Of a DNA stretch of 64,000 nucleotides, positions 1 to 30,583 are shown piece after piece. The notes under the pieces are model-generated. The model was not told the DNA's origin. It worked only from the letters and a program-made list of their open reading frames with translations, and ran no database searches. Source of the stretch: Amoebidium appalachense (taxonomy: Eukaryota > Protista > Ichthyosporea); the NCBI GenBank assembly GCA_963693365.1, contig CAVNZM010000004.1, forward strand, positions 7,229,093 through 7,293,092. The letters are read 5' to 3'. Position 1 is the first letter of the stretch. Every line of letters begins with the position of its first letter. A program made the translations under genes and the position numbers.

Positions 1-214
1 CCTTGTTCCCTCCAACCCCCCCACCCCTCCCCACCCCCTCCCACCACTACTAACACCACCAACACCACTATTGGTCAACCCTTACTCTCTTATGAGCCAC
101 AGTAATGTCCATGATTAGTAACACCTGCCTTCCCCCCCCCCCCCCCCCCCCCCCCCACCACCACCACCCCCCCTCTCCCAACCACCACCACCAAAACGCA
201 CACACACACACACG

Positions 215-245
<31 letters not shown>

Positions 246-277
246 ACACACACATACACACATACACACGCACACAG

Positions 278-601
278 GAACGGCTTCCACGCTAACACTC
301 TGTTCCGTCACGGTGTCAGCCAAGATTTGACGTCGTTCTCATCAAAGGCATTTTTCCAATCGGGGGTCGAATTCACATCCGGCGTATTGGACCAGCTGCA
401 AACCCTCTACACCAATGAAATGGGCCAGTTAGTGGCCGTACCCCTGACAAATCATCCCAGCGTTTTGCTGTGGAACATTACAACCTCCCGCAATTATGGG
501 TTTGACCTGAGTCCCTCAAACAACGGTATGGCCGGGATGCTTTTTAGTCACTGGGGGGATTTAAAAGCAGCGCTGAAAAACATGACCGAATTGGGTGGTA
601 C

Positions 602-649
<48 letters not shown>

Positions 650-1416
650 AAAAAAAGAAGAAGAAGAATAAGAAGAAGAAGGAAACCAAAAACCACCTAT
701 TATATACATCACACTTTGAGGCCGCTTTCCGGCAAATGATTACAACCTTTCAGCTAAAATGAAATTTGTGGGGTTTTCCTTCATTACCACCCCCCTCCTC
801 TCCCGTCCCATTCCCTACGAATACAACCACCATTTTCTAATCCACCCATCTTACACCAAACCTGGTCACATACCATATATACAAATGCGATCACAACTGC
901 TGAGATCGAATTTTTTTTAGGTATGAATATTAGTTATAGGCCAGGTTTTGTAGTACAGAGCCTAGTGACGCTGTTTCCTTTTTATTTGGGGGGGGGGGGG
1001 GGGGGGGGGGAGGAGAGGGGGGGGGCAGGGGATAAACACATGGATGGGGCAAGTTGAGCCCTCCCCCCCCTCACACCTCTTTTTTCCCCCCTCAACCTAC
1101 CAACGGGCTCAGGATATTTCCCACGGATATCATATCCTACCGTTATCTCACCATGACTCCAATACGCAGGGCCCGGGAGGTTCAGCATACTTCCCGGAAC
1201 AGAAGAGCTCCTTATTTTAATGAGTCTTAACGCCCAATCAAGCAACCTTCCGCCTCTTTTTAAACCCAACTTGTGTTTAAAGGGATCCCGCAAGACGGTC
1301 TACGAGCTTGGATTTCGGCACCAAGTGTACAGGGATGGGCTGGCTGAGTTTTGGGATGATATTGTTAAAGCCGGTGCAATGGACTTGGATTCCCTTAGGT
1401 ATCCTTCCCTCCCCCC

Positions 1417-1447
<31 letters not shown>

Positions 1448-2906
1448 AAAAAAAAAGGAAAAGAAAAAAAATCCCCCTCCCCCTCTCCTCCCGCCCCCTC
1501 CCCTCCCCTTTCTTTCCTTTCAACATACGTACACACACACACACACACACACACCACGACCACGACCACCACCACCACCACTACAGCTCTCCTCCTTTTC
1601 CTTAATTCGCGTCCTAGATCATGGGCAACATAAAAATACCCTCTCCTGCATGTAATTTACTCGTGCTGATTGAATTTCGTAACCCTGAGCTATTTGAGCA
1701 TAAAGGCACCGAGGGGACACTTGGCCGCGAGTGCGGGGTTTTATAGGCTATGGGGATTATTTCCCTAAAATCGGAGGGGTAAAAGGAGGAGGAACGGGGG
1801 GGGGGGGGGGGGGGGGGGAGGGGGGGGAGGGGGGGGAGGGGGGGGGGGGGGGGGGGGGGGAAGGGGAATAGGGAGGTGGGAGAAGTATAATATAGTTACC
1901 TAATTTGGTATGTGTTGGATCTCAGACCGAAACCCGTCGGACGTCCGTCTCAGTACGGTGCCTTGCAATTGTAGGATCACTCTTTTGTTAATCATTCCAT
2001 ACTGTTTGATAGCGGCTATATCATAGAATGTATATTTTACACTACAAACGTTGCTGTGAGTTAACATTAAGGTCTCGTATAAAGGTAATTTTACTTATCT
2101 GAAGTGAAATTATAACCCACACAACCTCTTACCCCAACAGGAAATTATCCCACAACTTCGACGATATTGATGATGAGAGAGCCGCAACCATCCCATTAAC
2201 CTGGTTCCGAATTTCGAGCGAGGGACGGATTCCAAATACTCCGGATGTGCGAACTGTGTTTATACCTGTCCCACGAGCAGCGTAAGTAATTGGGTTAAAA
2301 ATCCGTAAATAATCGGACTTACGTGGTCACACCCGAAATCCCGTAGGCAACATCACACGTACACAAGCACACACCGTCTGCGTGCGCACATGCACGCAAA
2401 CACAAACACAAACACACACACACACACACATACACACATGCATGCACACGACACACACACAGCGAGCTACGCACGCACACACGCACACCCACGCAGGCGT
2501 GGGCACCGCATTCACCCACCCACACACGCACATACACACACACACAAACACATCTACATCACATGCATACTATATATACACATACCGTCCAATAGCCTAT
2601 TCATACATACCGCCCGATAAATATACCACACGCTCTATCACACTATCACAGTATATAATTTCCACACTCAAACTAGCGTGATACTTACTAATCTCACTAC
2701 GCCAACAGAACAAATTTGTGGCCCACCCGTCCCCCCGTCAGCTCTACCGGCCTAGCCATCACTACTGCCACTCGCAACATGACCCTGAGCCAATCATATG
2801 CCTTGCTTTTATTCGACCCAATGGGAGAGTACCAGCACAGCATCGCCAAAGCCCTTAACTCTACCTGCGCCAATCAATTCGCCATGGATGTGTATGCTCC
2901 CCCCCC

Positions 2907-2945
<39 letters not shown>

Positions 2946-3499
2946 ACAACAACCACCACCACCAAACAAAAACAAGACAAAAACTTCGAATATAAAACTT
3001 TCTAATCTCTGTCTGTCTATGTATATCCCTCCTCCTCCACTCATGTTCCCATACATTTCTCCCAACCCCCCCCCCCCCCCCCCCTTTCTTTTCCCCTATG
3101 CCATTGCAGAACACACAAACTGCAAATAACACTCCCCTTTCTAACTCAAAACTCAAGGCAAAGGCAAAATCCTTATCGGGTGCCAAAGAACCAATCACAT
3201 CCATTCACTAATTTTAAAATCATGCAGCACGCGTCCAGCCAGTGATCCGGGCCCCGTGCTGTGGTACCCCCGGGGCAGTGTTCTGGCCACACTCACCCAG
3301 ACGGCGGTCAACCATCCCTTCAGCCTGCCCGAAGACTATGGGGTGGTCGATTATGGCGCTGCATTGAGAAAGTTTGCTGCTGATTGGCTGTTGAAGGTAC
3401 AAAATTTTAATGTTAAAATTCTAAAAGGAGAATATACGTGCATTTCTATTACTTAGATCTACATGCACGCGACGGCCTCAATTTCGTCCTAGCTCCAGC

Positions 3500-3530
<31 letters not shown>

Positions 3531-3744
3531 CATCACCACCAGAACACACACGAACGAACGCGCGAGCGCGCACACCACACATACACACACACACACAAAC
3601 AAACACAAGCACAGACACGAGTAATTGCCAAATCCCTCCATTCCCCTCACACATGAAACACGAACACGAAGACTCGTGTGTCTCTCGTTTGCCTCTTCTA
3701 GAAAGACTGTCCCTTCTCCCCCATTCTTTCTTTCCTCTCTCTCG

Positions 3745-3778
<34 letters not shown>

Positions 3779-5310
3779 ACTTCTCCTTCCCCCCCCCCCC
3801 CCCCCCCCCCCCCGTTTTCTCTCCACATCCTGACACATATACTCCACCACCCCGGAGTTAAACAAAAATGGAGACCCCCAATCCCCTTCCCGTCACTCAC
3901 TCACTCACACACACTCACACACACACACACTCTCTCTCTCTCTCTCTCTCTCTCTCGCTCTCTCTCTCTCTCCCCCCCCCCCCCCCCCCCCCCCCCCCCT
4001 CTCCTCAAACTTTGAAAACAAAAATGGGCTTTGCGTACGGAGTCTTGATGTCCAGTAAGAGCATCCACCATCTAATCCACTTTGCTTTTTCTCTATCCTA
4101 TCCCCCCCCCCCCCCCCCCCCTCTTCCCCCCTCCAACCACCACCATATCTTTTGTCCCCCCCCCCCCCTCCCCCCGCAGCCCCGCCACTCTTCTCCCTTG
4201 ACCACACAGCCCCTCTGCCTCTCTGCTTGCGTCTGTGTATCTGACACCCATGCCCCCTCTGAAACCTACTCTTTTCATCCGTCTTTAATCTTCAATACCC
4301 CCTCCCCCCCCCCCTCCCCCCTCCCCCCCTTCTGCGCTAGACACATGTGTACAAGAGGCAAATCTCGCCTGTGAAGTGAGTGGATAACGTTGTCAGTGCT
4401 GTACTGGTTATGCGTGTTTGTTTTTTCTTCCTTCTTTTTTTGGTGTGCTTGGGTATAGTGCCACGTGGTTTGGGGGGGGGGAGGGGAGAGGGGGTTGTTG
4501 TTTCTTTTTTTTTTTTTTTTTTTTTTGGGGGGGGGGGGGGGGGGGAGGGGAGGGAGGGAGGGAGGGAGGGGGGAGGTGGCTCACATAAAGACGATTTACT
4601 GGCATCAAACAAAAAACACATGATTGAGTCATTGGCTCAATAAATGATAACCTAAAAACCAACAATAAACGCGAAAAAACGCATCAACAGAATATGTCGA
4701 TTGCTGATGCAGCTGCAGGGGCTGTCGACTTTTTTGACCGCATGCTGTTGCCTGTATGCGACACCGTGCACGTTATCCCAAAAAAGGACGCGATCTGCAG
4801 CGATCGCACGGGCAGAAAAACGATTACGTTCGATCTGAACCCGGAGGACATGTGCCGCAACGGCGCCTACAACATCAAGGAATACACGTACGAATTTGAT
4901 TGCCATTTTTGGGGCACGGGGAGCACGGTGGGAGTTCTCATCCAATTGTTTTGCTCGATAGCCGTCGCCTACCTTCTAATTTTGGCAGGTCTGGTTGCCT
5001 TTTTAAGCAAGTCTTCCATCATTCGTGGATCTTCGGTCCTCTACAGCGGCATAAGTCTGGGGGGAAGCCTGTTCGTTGCTGTTGCTCCAATTGCCTTCAC
5101 GGGGTATCCTACGGACGCACGCTTAAATATCGGAATTTGGCTGCTGTTCCTTGGTCTGGCGATGGTTTTCAGCGCGTTGATTGTCAAGTTGGCGCGGATC
5201 TACACCATTTTCAGGGCCAAAAAGGTAAAGTTAATGCTACTGTAACATACCACTGCGACAAGTCATAAGTTGTGCCTGAAAAAGTTTGAGTGCACGTGTT
5301 ACTGTGCGCC

Positions 5311-5364
<54 letters not shown>

Positions 5365-5552
5365 GTGCGCGCGCATGTGCGACTCCATCTCTCTGCTCAT
5401 CAAAGTGTTATGCTGCCAAACTCTTTGACTGCTGTCTCATTTATAGCACCTTGATGTCTCTGTTCTCCTGTCCCCCCCATCCCCCCCTCCTAAAACAAAA
5501 GGTGCACAAGATGAGATTTTGGCAATGAAATGGCTGATTTTGAATCAAATAT

Positions 5553-5588
<36 letters not shown>

Positions 5589-5754
5589 TGCAAACACACA
5601 CACACACACACACACACATACACATCCCCCCCCCCCCCCCCCCCCCCCCCCCCGTGACCCACCCAACCACCTCCGGATCCAGCAGCAGCAGTCAACTCAC
5701 CCTTCCATCCTCCAAACCAACCCCCCCCCCCCCCCCCCCCCTCCCCCCTCCCCC

Positions 5755-5810
<56 letters not shown>

Positions 5811-5956
5811 AGAAGAAGAAAGAAAAGAGAAGAGAAGAAAAAATTGCACGAGTTCAGACTGTGGCAATGAATTAGCGAAGTTTTCAAAAAGAAGTTCAGT
5901 CTTTCTCCCCCTCCCTCCCTCCCCCCTCCCCCTCCCCCCATCCACCCCCCCCCTCC

Positions 5957-5991
<35 letters not shown>

Positions 5992-6778
5992 ATGCGCCTA
6001 ATATCAGCCCGTTCCCTCCAAGCCATTTAAAAGGCAACTCTCGGTGACAAGATGCCGACCGAGTTCAGAGTTGTACTTGAGTTAAAAAAATTTTAAGTGA
6101 TAAAAATAACTGACCAATCACATCTCCCCATTAAAACAGGTGCAATCCATGAAGCTGAGTGACTACCGCCTCCTCCTTCCATTCTCCATCCTTCTAGGTG
6201 TTTCTTTGATCATCCTCATAGTCTACACTAGTCTACACAACGTACACCCGCGCGTCGACGACGTCGCGCTCTCCCTGTCTCTACCCAATACCACGTCTCC
6301 GTTAGATCTTATAGTCGGGGTCGCCGGGAGCGAGATGGGGATTACGTCCGGAGCCTTCTACACGCTTCTAGCATACACCATGCTTCTTCTCTTCATCGCG
6401 TGCGCCGTTTCCATCGCCATCCGCCATGTTCCGGACCAATACCAGGAAACCGGGTTCATTTTGACGGCTTCTTGGTCTTTCGGGCTGATAAACGCCGTTG
6501 TTCTCCCGATGGTTTACGTATTTTCCGATCCCAAAGAGAACTACCTTCTCCTCTCAGTGGCCATGGTGGGGGCGGTGTTGGTAGTCAACACGGCAATGTT
6601 TGTTCCAAAATTCCTGGCGGCGGCCGGGATGATAAGAATCGACGAGACGAGCTATCGGTCGTCGAATAATCAGAGCCAGAAGGGCTGTAAGTCATCGGCG
6701 GGGAGATCGAATAGCCAGTCGCAGCTGACGGGGTTGAGGGCATCTGGAACGAAGGGCAGCTCTAGTGATAGGCTCTAA
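278..6778 (+). CDS. Class C (GABA-B/mGluR-like, 7tm_3) GPCR with extracellular solute-binding-protein-like domain; 5' exons lie before the window
   Basis: Phase-consistent GT-AG exons 278-597, 1170-1398, 2141-2281, 2709-2891, 3228-3396, 4691-5224, 6140-6778(stop). The last two exons encode seven hydrophobic segments with class C hallmarks ([40 protein letters not shown]). Upstream exons carry SBP-like motifs ([27 protein letters not shown]). The 1170 acceptor is the least certain boundary. Confidence 0.85.
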
Positions 6779-6964
6779 TCATAATATGAAGAAAAAAGTG
6801 TTCCCCAGTCCCACTGAGGAATCGTTAGAGTCCAACTTGGTATCAAATGCAGAAAGTTTGAAGTGTGGGCAACTGTGTATGTGTTTTACAGTAAACACAG
6901 TGTGTGTGCAAAAGCGGGAGCGGCAGCCGCATGTGTGTCACAGTGGCGAGGGCATGTCACTGTG

Positions 6965-7025
<61 letters not shown>

Positions 7026-7060
7026 ATGTGCCGCTGTGTGTGCGTGTGTGCGTGTGTGCG

Positions 7061-7101
<41 letters not shown>

Positions 7102-7605
7102 GTAATATCATAACCACGGTGACCCTCGCCAACGGCGGGGCCTCAGTGCTGTAGACAACTTCGGAGCAGGCTAGCGGGTCAGTTTCTCATTTGCTCATTT
7201 GGCAGAGTTTGTACCAACGTTTTCGTTTGTGCTGTGTTGTGTCACAGTGTAGTACATCATCAGTTTTAGGGGGGCTCAAGTGATAATATTAATTGTAAGA
7301 AATTTTGAAGCTATCGGCAACATCGGAGTCTCCGGATGTACTATACGGTGTAGAGAGTATCACAGGTCCGAGCGAATAAAATATAATCTTTGACGGTAAT
7401 TGTTGAATGTACGGGTTGCAGTTTCCCGCCGTAATGCGACGTCCCGTGAGATTACGGCCCTTTATAATACAGGCAAGGATGTTCGAAATTGTGCCAACTG
7501 TGATCATTGAATCACCCACCGCAAATAAGAGGACCAGAGTATGGGGGGGAGGGGGGAACATACATGGCTAATCATAAGTAAAGTGGGGCACACACACGCG
7601 CGCGT

Positions 7606-7674
<69 letters not shown>

Positions 7675-8072
7675 GTGACAGACATAGTCTGAACATATTA
7701 CTAAATTTAGCTATAGCAATTTCGATAAACTTTTCGTGGCAACACTTCCGTGTGCCAAATTCGAGCACAAAACCGGCTGTGTGTGTGCCCAAATAATACA
7801 GTAGCTATTATTGGTTCTGAATGGAGTGGGTTGGTCTTTCACAGTTGGTGGGTGGGTGGGGGGAGTGATCTGCTGAGCTATATATAGCTATGTGCGTGCA
7901 GTGTTGGCAGACACATGCATTGGAAATCAAGCAACACGATGTGCATGGTTCATCTTGATGCCATGGTCAGTGTTCACAAACGTTTACCATCTCCATGACT
8001 TTATTTAATCTAATAACCCTGCACTTGCCAGGCATGACAATACAGAGACCTTAGAATCGTATTCAAATCCAA

Positions 8073-8137
<65 letters not shown>

Positions 8138-8592
8138 CTCTACTCCACCTACTTATGTAAAGACCATGTGACATCGTCAACCTATGACCGATTCGGTACG
8201 GTGGCAGCATCAAAAAAATAAAAAAAAAAAAACCACCTTCCCAAAAAATCCATTTTTGGTTTTCTAATTTTTAGCAGCAACCTACCTTTAGACCGTGCTA
8301 TTAGGAATATTTTCGTTTCTAATATATATACCCTCCCCTTTCACTTATGTACATGTACATACACATATATATCCACTCAATTGCGTGTCGCTAGCTCGTG
8401 TGTTGAAATTCTCTACTATCTGCCAGGGAATATTCCTCGCTTTAAAAAAAAAACAAGTGAAGGAAAAAGGAGAGGAAACGACCGGAAAAGGCCTAGAAAG
8501 CCAACGGAAATCTGAAAAGTGCCCCCCCCCCCCCCCCCCCCCCCCCCTTTTTTTTTTTTGGTGTGTGTGACACGGTGTATTTGTGTGTGTGC

Positions 8593-8658
<66 letters not shown>

Positions 8659-8733
8659 GGGGGGGGGGGGAACATACTACGCGCGTATCATGACTCGGCT
8701 AAATACAGCTACCTTAGCGCGCATGTGGATGGT

Positions 8734-8839
<106 letters not shown>

Positions 8840-9037
8840 GTGTGTGTGTGTGTTTGTGCTTGTACTTGCGCCGCGCGTTTGCATTCCATGATTTCAAAAC
8901 AACAACTACCGAATCATCACTAAATACAAATGATAAAGTTAAAATAAAAGAAAAAGAAGAAGGAAAGAAAAAAAATCAGCTTTACAACAAGCCACACACA
9001 AAACTCCTATAAACAAACATCGGTGCAAACACATATT

Positions 9038-24602
<15,565 letters not shown>

Positions 24603-24714
24603 TCTGCTTGTGCTCCGCCAGGCACGGGGTATATGTGTGACTGCTGCCTGTGTACGTGTGTGTGTGTGGGCGAGGGGGAGAGGGGGGGGGGTCCGTATGT
24701 GTATGTGTGTGTGT

Positions 24715-24974
<260 letters not shown>

Positions 24975-25188
24975 ATGTGTGCGGCTGTATTCGTTTGTGT
25001 GTGCTTGTGGGTATGTGCGCACCGAGAGGGAAAGACAGGGGGGCGTGGGGAATCACGCCCCAGGGGGGGAAAGGTGGGGAGGGGGGGGGGGGGGGGGAGG
25101 GGGAAGGGATCAGTGGATCTGTATGTGGTTAGTGTGTGCGTGCATGCATGTACCTGTGACCTTCTTCTTCTTCCTCTTCTTCTTCTTC

Positions 25189-25219
<31 letters not shown>

Positions 25220-25258
25220 GTGTGTGTGTGTGTGTGTGCATCTAAGACGCGTGTGTGT

Positions 25259-25325
<67 letters not shown>

Positions 25326-25759
25326 TTTGTGTAAGTAGATGCTCAACCATGAATGTATGCTTGAGAACGTGCACATTACATAACTTCTTTGCTTGTGCCC
25401 CTGTTCATGTGTGTGTGCCCAGGTCCATAAAGGCTGGTAACAAACGAGTGCAAGCACTCCAAACAACAGCCCTTTACTGTTTCTACCAAGCAAACCTATG
25501 CTATTCTCCGTTCGGGTATGTTTGCACGCCAAACTAGTGACTTTGCTCTAAAAACTCGGACACAGGTGCTCTTTATTGTCCAATTGTGCACATCACGAAT
25601 TGTCTTAAGGGCACTCCTCCCCCCCCCCTCCCCCCCCCCCCCCCTTCCCCCCCTGCTTTATCATCCTCTCTCAACCCTTCCGTGTTACCAATGACATTCC
25701 CTGCTTCCTACTACTCCTCTCCCCTTCCAACCCCCTCCATGTTACCAAAGAGGAAAAAC

Positions 25760-26290
25760 CCCCTCTCCCTCCTATCCCTCTCTCTCTCCCTCCCTCCCAC
25801 CTTCCCTATCCCCTGCCCCCCTCCCTCCCCCCCCCCCTTTCTCCTCCCCCTGGCCCTTCCCCCTCCCCTCCCCTTCCCCTCCCCCGCCCCCCTCCCCCTC
25901 TCCCCGTCCCCCGCCCCCTCCCCCTCCCCCTCTCCCTCTCCCTCCCACTCTCCCTCCCTCTCCCCCTCCCTCTCCCTCTCTCTTTCCCTCTCCCTCTCTT
26001 CCCCCTCTCCCCCCCCCTCCCCTCTCTCACACTCTCTCCCTCGCCCTCCCCTCCCCTATCTCACTCTCTCTCCCTCTCCCCACCTCCCCTCTCTCCCTCT
26101 CCCTCTCTCTCTCCCTCTCCCTCTCCCTCTCCCTCTCCCTCTCGCTCTCCCTCTCCCTCTCCCTCTCCCTCTCCCTCTTCCTCTTCCCCTTCCTCTCCCT
26201 CTCCCTTTCCCTCTCCCTCTCCCTCTCTCTCTCTCTCTGTCCCCCCCCCCCCCCCCCCCCCCCTCTCTACCCTCTCTCTCGACCTCCCCC
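25760..26290. repeat. Polypyrimidine tract with (CTCTCC)n hexamers
   Basis: Direct; about 530 bp almost purely C/T on the + strand. Confidence 0.9.
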
Positions 26291-27419
26291 TTCCTTGAAT
26301 TCCGAACTCCGGGCATGCAAGCTGTTTGTTGTACACACGAGTGTGCTTTTGATTGGATGGAAGGTTTTCAAGGTGAAAAGGGAGGGGGGGGGGGGGGAGG
26401 CGGGGGAGGGGGGGGATCTACCTGTCTTGTGTACGTCCCCTGCCTCCCAACAACTATCACTTAAGTCAAGACTCTATTTGTGCGTGTGTGTGCGTTCGTG
26501 CTTGTGTGTGTGTGTGCGCGTGCTTACTTGGGTGATGGTGTGCACTACTATATAAGTGTTATAACTCACAGCGTGGTGTAACAACAGCATGCAACTGAGT
26601 GATCGATCCTACAGTGCACGGGGGGATAAAAATAATAGATAACCATAAAATGTTAACATAGCTGGGGTTTACACACTTTTGGTTCAAATGATGCGCTATC
26701 TACCAATCATTTTCAGCAACCAGTGTATATGCGACCAGGAAACGTGACGTGTACAAAATTCAAGATACTAGTCCCCGAACTATCGACTGTCGTACTAATT
26801 GACACATATGAAATGCATACACCAATCAAATGCGACCAATTATTCCGCTGCAATTTGCTATGTGTCACGAAGCGACATGCGCCAACTTTTGCGCAAAGCA
26901 AAGCCGGCGAACGGCCTGCCGTTGCAAAAGGATCTTTTTTTTTTTTGTCCCCTCGAAACACAGCGGTCTTGCACATTCACACTTCGAGGTTATCTTTTAA
27001 AACAGACAATAGAAACAAGGGAACAGGTGATGCTATTCAAGAATGGAGAGCGCGACCGGCCAATCAGCCCAGGAGCATGAGGCTAACGCTGTTTGTGCAA
27101 GGCGGCTTCAGAGAGAAAACACACCCACACACACGCACACAAACACATTAACCCTCTCACCAGGCTATTTCTCGGAGTTCTGCCCGAAACCTATTGGGTT
27201 GCCAAGGGCATATGTACAAGTGTGATGCTTGAAAGATGGCTGATATTTATTCGTTAGCACTCAAACAGTTGGGGCCCTTCGCGTCCACACATCCTCTCAA
27301 AAGCTCGACGTCGGTCCCCTCTCACACATACACACGAATATGCACGCACGCATACACGGTGTGACGTCAACACATACACAGCACACACAAAGACACACGT
27401 TCAGCTGTGTACGTGTGTT

Positions 27420-27489
<70 letters not shown>

Positions 27490-28661
27490 CGTGTGTGTGT
27501 TTGTGTGCAGATGTGTGCATGCGCATGTGTGCGCACAAATGTCCCTGTGTGTGTGCGCGACGGGCACGCTTTTGCACGTTTGTGCAAGTGTCCGTGTACC
27601 ACAGGTGTGTACGTACCTGTGAATGCGTGGACGCATGTGGTTATTAAGTTAGTGAATTATTCCAACCGCAGTGCATGCATGTATAATTATGTTCATACAA
27701 TCACATCGAGGAATGCACAAGTACTGATGTGAGCTACGAAAAGTCACAGCTTCATGTAGCTACTGTTTTCTTTATACTTCATAATGCCGTCTGTGTCCAA
27801 AAACCGAAATTCACAAGCATGACCAAGAAGTAAGAGTACGCGGTAACGTGTGCAAATATGTGTGGAAAATACCATGGTGGGTGAGTGTCGTTGTTTGTGT
27901 GTGTGTAGGTTGGGAGAGAGGGGGTGGTGTATAGAAAGAGTAACAGCCTACGGTAGGAAGTACACATTCACGACGGACAATTGCAACTCATCACACATAG
28001 AGTATGCCTCGTATATATGGGGGGGGGGGTGGGGTGGGAAAGGCCTAGGAGGAGGGGGGGAAGGGGGTCATCATGGCCATGGTTACCCATCTGCTCAGGG
28101 CCTGACGTCTCAGTGGGCAGTGTTGTGTAACGACTGGTGCACATGTAAGTGTGTAAGAAGCACCGTGGGAAGCGGTGGGGAGGTGCACTGTGGCAAAGCC
28201 TTTGCCACAGTAAGCCAACCGGTTTTTGCTTTTCCAGGTAGACTGTGTACACGTGCACGTGCAGGCCTAGGTCTGTAGGGTTATTTTCTGTGTGCGCGCG
28301 GGCGTGTGTCACGAGTGTGTGTGTGTGTGTGTGTGTGTACGTGGGTGGTTGAGTGTAGGTACACGTCATAATGGTGCACGTGAGTGGTAATCATGGTTTG
28401 TGCCCGGTGTGTTCGCGCACGCACGTGCATGCACTACATTACGGGGCATATGTACACACATGGCAGTCTCACTGCCACGACAGAGGAGGAATAGCTCAAA
28501 TTTCTTTGTAGATGGGGGTTTTTGTGTCAATAGACACAGAGCCGGGGACTAGACTTTATATAAAGTACCTTCAATAGACCAGATTTTTGTGGTGTGTGTG
28601 CCTGTGGTTTCTTTAATCAATTTTTTCTTTTTTTCTTTTTTTGGTGGTTGGTGGTGGTGGT

Positions 28662-28708
<47 letters not shown>

Positions 28709-28710
<2 letters not shown>

Positions 28711-28812
28711 TCGGGAGATAAAAGGGAAACGCACACACACATACACACAACACACACAGGGGGGGGGGGGGGGGGGGGGGGGGGGGGAATCGCGATCGGG
28801 AGATAAAAGGGG

Positions 28813-28856
<44 letters not shown>

Positions 28857-28990
28857 ACTCGCGCGCGCGTGGCGGGAGATAAAAGAGGAACACACACACA
28901 CACACCGTGACACACGCACACGCACACGCACACGCGCACGCACACGCGTGCGCGGAGGGAGTTCAAAAAGGGGAACACACACATACACAC
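28709..28990. repeat. Four copies of GGGAGATAAAAGGG(A)AC each followed by (AC)n
   Basis: Copies near 28714, 28798, 28875 and (diverged) 28957. Confidence 0.8.
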
Positions 28991-29366
28991 ACACACACGC
29001 GTGCGCGTGCGCGCGCCACACACACATACACCCATTCACCTCGTCGACGAAACCCAACTCAGACACGGCTGCACTTGAACATGGGAGGAGGAGGGGGGAG
29101 GGGGGGGGGGGGGGGGAGGTTGCTAACTGAGTAAACAGGATCAGAACACTAACGAGAAGGATTGCATTCTAGGACAACCCAAAACCTGGTGACACAGACT
29201 TAGAGGCTACCGTGAGGGCACAGCAGGGAAGAATCGCTCACGAGATTGCAGGGCCAAAAAAAATGTGGCCAGGAAGGGTGTTGTGGTGTCGAATTGTGTT
29301 GGGAAGATGTTCAGAAGGTGTAGGTTTGATTCTGAGAGGGCCGGGGGGGGGGGGGGGGGGGGGGGG

Positions 29367-29510
29367 TTGAATGCGTCATAAAATACGAAAAAAGGGGGGT
29401 TAAAAAGCGGACATGGTACGAAGTACCAGAACACGATGAGAAACACGGTGAAGGACACAGGCAAAAGCAAACATTCAAGTATGCAACATCAGCAACGTGT
29501 GCAGTGTGCA
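29367..29510 (-). mobile_element. Dispersed repeat, diverged 3' half
   Basis: Reverse complement matches GCTGATGTTGCATACTTGAATGTTTGC...GTACTTCGTACC...GCATTCAA+poly C. Confidence 0.7.
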
Positions 29511-29711
29511 AAATGAGGAACTCAGGAGACGGGGCTTCTAGGCCCCCCCGTCGATACCTAAGTCGATAATTCCCTAGCTAACACACCACACCAGCTGAAA
29601 AGAATGAAGTCCCAGGGAAGAAAAGTAGGAATGCGGTTAAGAGAGACCGCATGTGCATGTGAGAGAGGATGATGAGTGAGTAAGAAGAGATAGAGGGAGT
29701 GAGGGAGTGAA

Positions 29712-29782
<71 letters not shown>

Positions 29783-29893
29783 GGAGGGAGGGAGGGAGAG
29801 AGGGAGAGTGGAGAGAGAAGAGGGAGAGAGAGTGTGTGTGTTTGAATGTGTGTGCATGCGCGTGTATGCCATGTTGAGTGTGAAGAGAAAGAA

Positions 29894-29931
<38 letters not shown>

Positions 29932-30043
29932 CTCCCTAATGGGGGGGAGCGAGAGAGAGACCGGGGGAGGAAGGAGGGAGGGAGGGAGAGGACGGAGGGG
30001 AGGGGGAGGGGGGGGGGGGGGGGAGGGGGCTGCCGAGGGGGGA

Positions 30044-30300
30044 GGGAAGGGGGTAAGAGAAGGGAGAATTAAGAGGGAAAGAAAGAGGCCGTGTGTGCAT
30101 GTGAGAGCAGACGGTGCTGAGTGAAACGGGGGGGGGGGGGGGGGGGGGGGGGGGAAGGGGTGGGGAGTGTGTGTGTGATAGACGGATAGAGAGGGGGGGG
30201 GAGGGGGGAGAGAGGGAAGGGGGTAAGAGAAGGGAGAATAAGAGGGAAAGAGAGAGACCGTGTGTGCATGTGAGAGCAGACGGTGCTGAGTGAACCGGGG
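30044..30300. repeat. Tandem duplication, ~170-bp period, containing CCGTGTGTGCATGTGAGAGCAGACGGTGCTGAGTGAA
   Basis: Two copies (30044-30126, 30214-30296) and a partial third near 29645. Confidence 0.8.
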
Positions 30301-30548
30301 GGGGGGGGGGGGGGGGGGAGTTTCTGTGTGATGATAGATAGATAGAGAGGGGGGGGAGGGGGGGGAGAGAGGGAGGGGAGAGAGGGAGGGAGGGAGGGAG
30401 GGAGGGGAGAACGGAGGGAGGGAGGGAGGGAGAGAGAAAGAGAGGGGGAGAGAGAGAGAGAGCGGGGGGAAGGGAGGGAGGGAGGGAGGGAGGGAGGGAG
30501 AGGGAGGGAGAGGGAGAGGGAGAGGGAGAGGGGGGGGGGGGAGGGGGG

Positions 30549-30583
<35 letters not shown>

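Noticed and set aside
721-800. Possible extra GPCR exon [18 protein letters not shown]
   Set aside because: Weak GAG acceptor, no clear donor, and not needed for phase continuity.
7289-7561. Unique-sequence 90-aa minus-strand ORF between the GPCR and BPI 3' ends
   Set aside because: No recognisable motif or supporting splice structure.
28186-28211. Short palindromes (ACTGTGGCAAAG-C-CTTTGCCACAGT; also AATAACCTTATAAGGTTATT at 19778)
   Set aside because: Isolated and short, with no TSD or second copy seen.
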